From the NCBI GenBank assembly GCA_010405405.1, contig MU004232.1:515481-579480 (forward strand): a stretch of DNA of 64,000 bases, in the 5' to 3' direction. A program made the translations under genes and the position numbers. The stretch is from Microthyrium microscopicum (taxonomy: Eukaryota). Below the pieces are notes generated by a model. The model saw only the letters and a program-made list of their open reading frames with translations. It was not told the DNA's origin and did no database searches. This document shows positions 1 to 10,417 of the stretch, in pieces. Every line of letters starts with the position of its first letter. The stretch's first letter is position 1.

Positions 1-1435
1 GACTATTGTCAATGAATTTATTATTTCTCCACAGATTCAGCTGCGATTTGATCCAGACTTCACAAGGATAAGTACCAGTGGTGTTCGAAAGTGTGCGATA
101 GTTGCCATTTGTAGGGACTTTGTTACAGCCGTAATGTGCTACGGAGTACAGACCAAGAAAATCAGATATATTTGCTACTTTACCATAACATCATGTAATT
201 CTCTTGATCAGCAGTGCAGCACTCGGCGGACTCTAGAGGCCGATGTGACCAGGATTTCGATTCTGCTTCCCATTTCCATTTCTACTGACTGACAAACTCA
301 GTCAAATTGTCCATATTAATGGATATACTGTGCTCCTTCTAGAAAACTTAGAAAGTATAACGTACTTTCAATATAGAAAGACCATTTCCAATAAACTGTC
401 TGAGGCTCACAGTACTAATTCAGGTACCAATAGAAACCCTGTCCAGAATCTTTCTTCAAAAATTGGAACGATCGAATAGCAAGTAGAATAGACCCCATAC
501 CAGCACCTTATCAGCTCTTCTGAGTGGTCCAGCTATCATGTGTGCTTCGACTAGCTAGCTGGACGTTTACGGCTTCGTAAATTACTTTCCCAGCAACCGG
601 GTAGAGTTTGTGATTTCCCATCTTTAAACCAACCGATAGTGTCATTGCGTCTAGTTTGACAAGATAAGAGCCATTGGCTAGAAAATTTGAACTTCACCCT
701 CAAAAGTCCCAGCTAGTCGGTGCTGGATATTTTGGAACACCGCTAGATTACACGTTTCGAAATGCTGGAAAGCTGGTCGTTTGAATCGTAACTTACGAAG
801 CTAGCGTATGTATTGGTGTTCAAAGTTGCCTTTACTGTCCATATCTGCCTGATCAATAGATCAATTCCTCATTCTCCATTTTGGACATCATCTTGCGCAT
901 GTTCAACATCACTTGCTCCATAAGCTGTCATTTCTGTAAGTCAATCTACATGAGCTGTATTTGTTGAGTGCGGTGATATTGCAGAAGAAGATGCAAGTTT
1001 ACAACATGATAAACAGCCGTCATACTCCTGTTGAAAGCATTCGAGCTATTCGTCCAGCCCAACCTCAGTTTCAGCCTTATGGTTCGTTCCAGTTTGGTTA
1101 TCTACTCTCCCAATTCCGTCGATTGTGGCCGCGCCAAAGTCTAGTTTTAGTCGAGATATTCTCATCTCAATCTGGGTACTCAAATTTCCTGCAACTTGTA
1201 GTCCAAGGTTCTTGGGCGTCCTTTTCAGCACATTTAACTCTTTGAATAATTGAGGCTGAGCAGGAGCTAAACTTGCTTTTTCCAACCTTGGAATTTTTGC
1301 ATTGCGCCTCAGCCTAACACCTGCGTTCTTGAGCCGCCATCACTGCTTTACCGTACTCCCCTTTCAATACTTTTCCAATTTATTTAAACTCAACATGAAT
1401 CTAACTCAAACGCTATATACTGTCCCGAAAAAGTT

Positions 1436-3040
1436 ATGGCTCTATCATCAGCACAGCGGGTGTTGTTGAGCTTCTCAATACTCCTCTGCACAGCCTCAAT
1501 CATCGACTCTCTCCCAACAACAACATCCGAAGCGCCGCAAGATACCGAAAACTTCTGTTGAAACGCATTATGCTAGCGTGCCTATTTGGGTCGCGGTCCC
1601 ACTAAATTTAGCGGGCGTCGCCCCTGCCGGTGGCTGCAGCTTACCCCTGTAGAGGCTTATTTTAGGGCCCTTCAGTGGTCTTTTGTAAGGTATTTTGAAG
1701 TAGTAAAGATGGTAAGTAATCCACATTTAGAAGAGAATTATCCCTGTTGACACCCTTCCTGACCCCTTTTGCCCCTTCTAGCGCAAGCCAAAAAGCCTCA
1801 TCTGATCCAAATAGGCACGCTAGCATAATGCGTTTCAACAGAAGTTTTCGGTAACCCCCTCAACCACGGCGACCCCAATCTTCAATGCGTTCCTACACGA
1901 TGGTCTGACGTGATCATATTTTTCCTTGGGAATTACATTGCCCATGCTGCAACGGTTGTTCAATATCCAGGCAGCGCGCCAATTGTGTCCATACAAAATG
2001 TCTTCTACGCGCTTTTATTCCCTGTCACGGGGACGACACGAGGGCTCAAGAGTATTGCCAGTTGTGCGGTGTTCTACATGCACAAATCCGATTTAGAATG
2101 TGCTGCGCGCGCGGGAGCTTTGGTGAAGGTCGTCAAACTGAGCGACTATGCGCGGACTGATCGGGAAAAAGCCTTGATGGGACGACAGGACAATAGAGGT
2201 GAGCTCATTTTCCCTCGACAGTGTCAAAGCTAATGATCAACAGGCTGGCTCCGATCCGGCCAAGTCCATGGTCGTATATATGTGCCACGAGGTTACGGAC
2301 TGGCACTCGTGCCCAAGAACTCCAAGTTTATAGAAGACACCTCCAAAAAGGGCACCAATCCTCAAACGGTCCTCAGCGTTGAATACAACGCGATCAAGAT
2401 ACTGGTTGCAATCGGCCAGTTGTGCTTTGCTATCACCACTCTCTACCGCGCCCGAGGCAACCAGGTCGATGTCTACGGATATGCGGCATTTGGCTTGACG
2501 GTCACGCAATATGCCCTCATGTCCTTTATCAATCTACTTGGCAACTTGTGCTGCCCCCAATATTCCGCGGTGTACCTCGTCAAAACACACCTCATGCGTG
2601 AAGCCCAAAACTACGATGGCATCTTCGAAGGTGTCGTAGGTACTCTCGTGGAGGACACCCAAAACTACGAGCGCGACACCTGCGAGGCCAGCCAGGGTGG
2701 TGCCCTGAGATCGATGATCAAGAACTCCTGGAGACTGCCATTGGTATGGGTCCCGACCGCAATATCCATTATCATCATATGGGCACTATCGCGCTTTCGC
2801 GCAGGCCATAGTACAGTGGTACAGCGGGCAGTGTTAATGGCATGGTTGGCGGTTGGAAGCTACGTGGGTGCCATGGGGTTGGAAGATCGCAGGCACGACT
2901 CCAAGGAGGAAGAGCGAAAGAGAAGGAGACACCGGCCCCTGAGGCTGGCTACAATTGGTATATTTGCCGTACCAATAATTTGGGGGTATATCATCGTGGG
3001 ACAGATGTTGATTCACTATGGGACTTGCACTGTCCATTGA
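1436..3040 (+). pseudogene. Fungal multi-pass membrane protein of unknown function (NHGDPNL-C...FFLGNY-AHAAT type), interrupted by a MITE
   Basis: ATG 1436 gives signal-peptide-like MALSSAQRVLLSFSILLCTASIIDSLP. Removing 1545-1853 joins it in frame to DNPLNHGDPNLQCVPTRWSDVIIFFLGNYIAHAAT. A GT-AG intron at 2199-2243 joins in frame to the 2282..3040 ORF (VHGRIYVPRGY...YGYAAFGLTVTQYALMSFINL, several hydrophobic segments). With the insertion in place the frame stops at TGA 1559-1561. Confidence 0.8.
1545..1851. mobile_element. MITE (non-autonomous Tc1/mariner-type), 307 bp
   Basis: 48-bp terminal inverted repeats (1545-1592 and 1804-1851; outer 45 bp perfect, CCGAAAACTTCTGTTGAAACGCATTATGCTAGCGTGCCTATTTGG). 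TA target-site duplication at 1543-44 and 1852-53. No coding capacity. Confidence 0.92.
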
Positions 3041-3383
3041 CAGAAATGGTCAGGATCGCTGATTGTCAATGTTTAGCGATAACATTTTCGTTTTGTATAT
3101 TGACAGTAGTTTTGGCTTCAGTATTTGACTTGTTACTTCCTCGCATGTAGTAGCCTCAGCTCCTTCTTGAGGCTATGTGAGCTTGTTTACGGCCTCTACA
3201 ATCTCCTGTCCCTGGTCAACTCCTCCATTACCTTTAGAGCACGAGCAACTTTCAACCACTTCGCCATTAGCATTCAGATTGTCCATCTTCTACAGACAGC
3301 AAGCATCGTTCAACCATTTCTTCCTTATCATCATTACCCAACTAGACCAATACACCAGCGCTCACCCACCAGTTGTTCTCACA

Positions 3384-4280
3384 ATGCCTGTATTTTATAA
3401 TCTCACCACGGCGCATTCTCATGGCTGGTACATCTAGTATGACTGTATTCAGATTGTAGCCAGACAACTACAAGTTTGGTCGTACATCACTGAGAATCCA
3501 GCACAGAGGGAAGACTTCAATATCAAGTTCAGGGATATCATCGGGCCGCTCTCTGATCGGGAGGAACCGCCAAGTCAAGCGAGAATTGACTCCCATGCAC
3601 TCATCTCGAAAAACATCAAGAAAGTATCCGAAGTAATCATCCTTACAACAAAAAAAATCAACCCGCCGCCAAACTTCGACCGGTGGTTAGTTACCGATTT
3701 GCCTGACATACGCCACATGGTTGCAACTCTCAAAGAGTGGGCTTTACCTCATTTACACCGCAACAATCTGCTTTATACAGCTAAATACCTGAGTAAGGGT
3801 CCTGCTCACTGTCACCCATTCGGAGACAAGAGAAGATGGTTGCTTCAATGGTTCTCGCTGCAACGGTTCTGCCTGTCTCCGACTCCCCTCATCACCGTCG
3901 AGGAAATCCAGAAGCGCCTCCTGGAGGCCATCGGCCCATCTGGCGACTCGTATGCCAACAAAAACTTTGTAACGCTGCTCACAGAGTACGGAGACGAATG
4001 CCGGAATCGAGGCGAATTACCAAAACCTGCTTCGCCATGCACATGTACAGAGCCTCATTGGGCACATGAATGTACTTATATTAATCCAGAAGCTTGGCCT
4101 TTCCGTCGGGGCCCGTATGACCCAAAGATAGCCCATGACATTGATGTCTGGTTCTTGAATCCAGAGAACTCTGATTCGGTGTCAGAAATTGAGCAAAGGC
4201 TGAACTTCAACCTATCCGTTTATGAGTTTGAGTCTGGAGATGTCATACAGGAGGTCAGGGATTTCGATTTTCTGGCATAG
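3384..4280 (+). pseudogene. Hypothetical protein (about 298 codons) with one in-frame TAG near the 5' end
   Basis: ATG 3384 is in frame with the 3699..4280 ORF. The frame is open from 3438 to 4280 and broken only by TAG at 3435-3437. No recognisable domain. Confidence 0.4.
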
Positions 4281-4313
4281 CGGAGCATAGCTTTTGGAGT
4301 CGTTCATTGATAG

Positions 4314-4911
4314 TTATTGATTCGCTATGGAGTGAGGCACTTCTGTGTTTTCCTTATTTGCATCCACATTTTCTGTCTCCCAAGGCTTTCGCCGTTTCTC
4401 TTTGGTGCTTGTAGATGCTTCCACGTCTAAGACAGTGTCTGGAATATCTTTGATGCCTGGAATATCCTTGCCTGTCTGTATCATGTCTATGATCTCGGCG
4501 TAGGTAAACGATGGGTTTGTCTCGTTCTCATCGCCTTCCACTACTGTAGACTTGACAATGGATGTTGAGTAGATGGAACCTTCAATAGAAGACTCATCCA
4601 CCGCTGATGTTGAAGATGATGGTCCTGTATTGAGACTTTCTTCTGCTTGGGGATGGGCTTGCTTCCAGGACTTGTATGCTTCGAAATCTACTGGTGTGCC
4701 TGTTTTTCTGTCGCGAAATGGTAAGCGCTTAGTCGGTGAGCACGAGATGAACGAAGTACCTAGTATAGTAAAAGCAACGAGCTTTCAGTTCCAGCTCGTT
4801 GCTCTGCTCCTTCGTCTGAGCATGACGAAGGATTGAAGACAGACCAAACTGAAACTCGGGGTCTTCAGAGTAGTTGAACGAGTCTACGCTCTCGAAAACT
4901 TGTCCACTCAT
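4314..4911 (-). CDS. PEX39/C6orf226-like peroxisomal protein with C-terminal KPWE motif (about 181 aa, 2 exons)
   Basis: Exons 4911-4760 and 4707-4314 splice in frame (GTACTT...CAG). They give FNYSEDPEFQFGLSSIL...KARCFYYTRKTGTPVDFEAYKSW and TYAEIIDMIQTGKDIPGIKDIPDTVL...RRKPWE, matching the KPWE-family pattern as I recall it. Confidence 0.7.
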
Positions 4912-5268
4912 GGTGTTCCGGCGGCAAAATATGGCATCTGAAGATGTAGAGGTTTGACAATTTCACTCACCTGTATCCGGGTATCCCAATATGAAGTTGA
5001 TGATGGATCGGCGCGGGTTGAGCGAATTTCCGCCTTCTCCACCCTAATCCCGCCAGCGCCAAGATAAACTAGGTCCAAGCGTCCCGACGGGTCCGGGCTT
5101 TCGTCAGAGTCCAACATCCCGTTTCATGGACGAGACATGCTCTCACAGCCCCCGTGAACATCCTCCTTCCAACTACACCGCTGTCCTCGCCCTTCAACTC
5201 CTCTCATTACGTATACTCCATCGCATGAACCTACCGTCATAGTTACTGCAGAGAGCGCCGCTTCCGCC

Positions 5269-6771
5269 ATGTCGCAAACCCAAGCTACGGTCCAGCATGC
5301 CGATTCGATAAACAGCAACGACAATGCCCCAGATGAGAAGAAGAAGCAAAAGAGCAAACGCCCTCCAAGTACGCTATGAGATGTCTCGAATCACAGAATG
5401 CGCGGCCATGACGCTAATACTATTTCCAGATACCGCTTTCCGACAACAGCGATTAAAGGCCTGGCAGTATGCGATCCCGCTCGAACCCAAAGTATCATCA
5501 ATTCTGACATATACAGGCCAATCCTCACTCCCAAGACTGTTCTTCCACTATTCTTCGCCGTTGGTGTTATATTTGCCCCCATAGGTGGTTTGTTATTATG
5601 GGCAAGCTCACAAGTCAGTTCCCCTTGGTTCCAACGGGAGTGATAGATACTAATGTCCTACAGGTCCAAGAAATCTCGATAGACTATTCCAACTGCGCCA
5701 AGATCGCTCCTTCAGACTTCGAGAACATGAGCTCAGATCGACTATCTGCTTCATTCAAGAGCAGCAAAACCGTCCCGCCTGCACGTTGGAAGAGAGAGAC
5801 TAACACTTCGGTCACGTACAACGACAGTCAGGTGCAAGTCAATGACACGACCAAATGCATCCTACAATTCTCCATACCCGAGGATATGAAACCGCCAGTT
5901 CTTCTTTACTATCGCCTCACAAACTTCTATCAAAATCATAGACGATACGTCAAGTCATTTGATTCTAGTCAGCTTGATGGCAATGCTCGCACTGCAGACC
6001 AAATTCATACCAGTGATTGCGATCCCTTAGCTTGGGATGCTAATAAGAAACCATACTATCCTTGTGGTTTGATCGCCAACTCCATCTTCAATGACACTTA
6101 TGTCAACTTGCAGTTACTCAACCCATCTGGCAGCAACTCCAATAGCAGCACCAACAGTTCAGCGTCCATCTATAACATGACTGCTTCAGGTATCGCATGG
6201 AGTAGCGACAAGAGCTTGTATAAAAATACGGAGTATAAAGCGGAAGATGTTGTTCCTCCGCCTAATTGGGTCCGTCGGTGGGATTACTCCAAGAAATTGC
6301 CAGATTTGTCGACGGATGAAGCTTTTCAAGTTTGGATGCGAACTGCTGGACTGCCTACGTTCAGTAAATTGGCCTTACGTAACGACAAGGATGTTATGCA
6401 AACAGGCTCATATCAAATCGAAATTTGGGACGGTGAGTATTCAAAGTGCCATGATGGACATGCGCTAACGATCATTGTAGAATTTAATACAACTCTTTAC
6501 GGAGGTACAAAGGCGATCCTCATTTCAACCAGAACAGTGATGGGTGGGAAGAATCCATTCCTTGGAATTGCATACATCGTTGTCGGTGGTCTCTGCATTT
6601 TACTTGGAGCTCTGTTCACTGCCACTCATATAATCAAGCCAAGGTACACTCAATTGTTTCAAAGTATCATGTCCACATTCCTAACAATCCTCCAGAAAGC
6701 TTGGCGATCACACTTATCTCTCCTGGGACAAAGAACCCACTGCGGCGCAAGCTACACGCCCACAGAATTAA
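5269..6771 (+). CDS. CDC50: CDC50/LEM3 family P4-ATPase flippase beta subunit (6 exons)
   Basis: Exons 5269-5368, 5430-5466, 5517-5613, 5664-6432, 6481-6643, 6696-6771. Motifs [94 protein letters not shown]. Confidence 0.95.
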
Positions 6772-7463
6772 GCTTAATTCTTCGAAAAAGCCACTGTAAC
6801 TAGAAACCGCAACCTCTTTCTTGCTTGTATGTGTTTGGCACGAAGGATTGATATGCTTATTTCCTTTAGGCGTGGTAGGTTTGGTGCATTTGGGTATGGC
6901 GTTGGTTCATTCCTCGAGAGCGACACATGGTTCTTTGTTTTTATGTCACTTTGGGTCTTTGTCGACATCAAGTATGATATACCAATTTACTACTATAACT
7001 TACTACCTTCTCCCAGAACAGCTCTTCAAGTCATTGTCGGATAATGCACCCACTGCACCTATATCCGCTCCACTTCTTTGTTTTATAGATTCTTCTGGCT
7101 CTTCTTTCTCGGCTTCCGGACAGTTAACCTTATGCGGAAACACTGGATCATACTTCATCCTCGGTCTTTTGCAGTACTTTCCTTTGATTGCGCATATGGC
7201 CTAGACTTGACGATGGACAAAAGCTTTGGTCTAGAATTCTCATGACTTGTGTCATTTGTTCATTGTTCTTTTACGCCCGATTATCCTTCTATAAAGTCCT
7301 TGGCAGAACTCGGTCCTTCTACAGTCTACCCATCGCCTTTGAGTAAATCTCAGAACTGTATATTCAGCATTGAATGAGCACGCGATCAACTCGTTCGGCA
7401 CTGTAAAAGTATCAATAATCGAGGATATAGTTATCCACTCGGATAACACCGTAGAATATAACG

Positions 7464-8429
7464 ATGCGAACCGAATATATTGCAACTCTAGCGTCTCTGC
7501 TGCTCGTTACTCCCGGTTTAGCCGCTCAACAAAACGTCAACGCGGCAACTGCTGCAGCAATCGCGGATGGACATATAGATCCCGATGTTTTCGACCCTAG
7601 CTTCGTCCACTTTGAGTGTGGAACAAACTCTTCCACTGCGCCTAAAGATCTTCTCCAAGCTCATCATGAACTACACACCCGCTCTTTTCGATCACCTGTC
7701 GCCGTTCGCGCTGATGCCCTTCAAGAGATTAAGAGACAGGCGGCAACTAGCTTGGTAGTCGTCCCAACATACTTCCACATCGTGACGACAGCCGCGAAGA
7801 AAGGCACCGTCACAGCTATCATGCCTCAGCAGCAGTTGGTAGCCATGAACACGGCGTATGCCGGCACAGGATTCGCGTTCAAACTCGCGCAAATCACATA
7901 CACTGTCAACGACACCTGGGCCACAGCCTCCGACTTTGCGCCCATGCAAAAAGCGCTCCGCCAAGGCCTATATGGCGCTTTGAACCTCTACTTTGTCAGC
8001 GACTTGGCTGGCAACATCTTGGGCCAATGCAGTATGCCGACCAACATCAACAACTCACCACCCAGCGGCTACGTAACGGACGGCTGCTTGATCCACGCAG
8101 GCACAATGCCGGGCGCGAGTATCAATGGGTACAACCAAGGCAAGACAGCCGTGCATGAGACTGGCCACTGGCTCGGACTTTTGCACACATTCGAAGGCTA
8201 CAGCTGCTCTGGCAATGGCGACTTTATCGCTGATACCAATCCCGAACTCACGAGCACCAGCGGTTGTCCAGCAAACAAGACCACTTGCACAGGCACCACA
8301 GCGGGCAGCCCCGGTGATCCAGTGCATAATTACATGGACTACTCAACAGACGCATGCTACACCAACTTCACGCCCGGCCAGATTTCACGGATGCAAACAT
8401 TTTGGACCTTGTACAGGAAAGGTAAATAG
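7464..8429 (+). CDS. Secreted zinc metalloprotease, peptidase M43B (pappalysin/MEP1-like)
   Basis: Signal peptide, then zinc motif HETGHWLGLLH, Met-turn NYMDY and C-terminal FTPGQISRM. Single exon, 321 aa. Confidence 0.92.
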   Translation: MRTEYIATLASLLLVTPGLAAQQNVNAATAAAIADGHIDPDVFDPSFVHFECGTNSSTAPKDLLQAHHELHTRSFRSPVAVRADALQEIKRQAATSLVVVPTYFHIVTTAAKKGTVTAIMPQQQLVAMNTAYAGTGFAFKLAQITYTVNDTWATASDFAPMQKALRQGLYGALNLYFVSDLAGNILGQCSMPTNINNSPPSGYVTDGCLIHAGTMPGASINGYNQGKTAVHETGHWLGLLHTFEGYSCSGNGDFIADTNPELTSTSGCPANKTTCTGTTAGSPGDPVHNYMDYSTDACYTNFTPGQISRMQTFWTLYRKGK

Positions 8430-10417
8430 TTGACCCAGCCCCCGGATCTAGTTCGATATACAAATTGCCCTTCTTCTTTTGCGGATATGAAAAGCACGGT
8501 AACATAGCATGACACACCAACAACTGTCCTTAAAGCATCACATTTTTCCACCAGCGCTTGTACATTTTCATAAATTGGAACCTCAACTGCATCAGATGCG
8601 TAGAAAGAAGAAGGATGCCCAGCGCTTTTCATTTCTCCCCTCCCAGGATGCATAGCGCTTTTCATATACCCCCTTCCTTGAAGCACTTTTAACTAACTGC
8701 GCATCTGTCCCCACAGATTATCTACCTGCTTCATTACCTGACGCTGTCCAAGAAGCGACCGTCACTACGCTTCCAGACGGCACAGTACAAGCCCTTGATG
8801 GCACAGTACAGGCTTTAAATTCCCTGGGGTCTAAGGCCTTAGATACCGCCTCAGATGCTCCTACAGATGCACCAGTAGTGCCACAAGTAGAGCGCGTCAA
8901 GCGTTCAGGCTCATTGAAATCACAGCGAAACTCTAGCCGCTGGGGCTGGGTGCCATTTGGACGACATGTATCACCAGTAATGAATCTCAAACAGTAAAAA
9001 AACGGATATACGATGGAGATGTTGCAGTTTGAACTGTATATAGGCAGTATATGCCTCCACGGTCTTTACGATTTCACGAATGATTATTTTGAATGAAATG
9101 ATATTCTCATGATAACATACCCTCCTGCTTTTCTTTCTCCAACGCTTTCTCATGTGCCTTGTTGCTTTGAACTAACGTTAGAATAAACTCAATTGTTCCA
9201 ACCTCTCGGATCCCATGCCGTCACATCTGAGACATTGACCGCGTTGGTGGCATGATCGACTTCGTATTTCGTATAGACAGGTGCTTTGTTTAAGGTTTGT
9301 TGACATTGATGAACAAAGGATGAAGTTGTTTTGGTGGCCTAATTGGGAAATATGTCTCGGATTCGCCGAACTGTCCATTGTCACGATAATAGATGACGAT
9401 ATGGTCTTGGTCAAGTGCTTCATGGTGAGTTATCTCCGGAGATATGTCTTGATTCAGTCGAGGACCTTATCCGATGGCTAAATGAGGCGATAAGAGACGA
9501 GAAATACATGGCAATGACGTGAATGCGAAGTATGTACCTAGAGTCAACATGAGACTTGATGGACTTAGAGATGTCTTTCAGACTCGGACGCTGAGACTTG
9601 TGCTGGTCTCTAATAGTTGACGTTAAGAGCAAGTTACATACGTCTGTTGAGATCACAGTACTCCCACATCTTGATCACTTCGAAATATAATCCATTCTAA
9701 GACCTCCCAGATAAAAATGGAAGCTGAAATAACGGAGATGTCTTCAAATAATATCGAGATACGACAGCTTTCAATCACTGTACTTCCCCTCACAGACAAC
9801 TCAAGACAACTAAGCAAACATCATCCATTCAATCTATATAATTATTCACAATGAAAGAATGCCAGGCACAGCAAGGCTAAAGTGACAACTACATCCCCAA
9901 AAACCCGCCTTACCCAACCTTCAATCAAGACATTCAGCACTTTCAAGAAGGACAGGGAAAAAGAACAAGGTAATTTGGATCGATAGAAAGAATCTAGAAA
10001 ACAACAACAAGACATTACATCCCCCATTCTTATGCTGTCATCTTGAAATAACAAGGGAGTGAATAATGGGCAAGTATTATCTTTGCCAGTGAGAGAGAGA
10101 GAGCGACGATTGAGGAGAAACACCCAAGGAGGTTCTCCGTCAACAAATATACATAATTACCGCAGATTTTCTTTTCGTGCCACCGAAGTTTTTGTAGTGT
10201 GTCTCCCTCACTCTTGCAGTTCTTGCCACATGCTCACTCGCCTTGCACCTTTCTCTTACAGTCATACCAAAACAGCAGCTCCACTGCCCACAAGTCGCAA
10301 TTAATAGTAGTGTTGATTTAATGACATCTGCTTTGCGGCCCTGGGTATCATCCTTTTTTTTGTGTTGGTTTTTTTGAATATTATTTATATTATTGATGCA
10401 GTGGTGGATCGAGAACT

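Noticed and set aside
800..1380. Short ORFs at 961..1245 (+) and 1046..1285 (-), possibly a decayed gene
   Set aside because: No recognisable motif and no consistent exon model.
10140..10417. C-terminal extension of the 787-aa PMA1 ORF in the track
   Set aside because: Read-through of the last intron (10525-10465). The spliced form ends at TAG 10420-10418 with the canonical tail.
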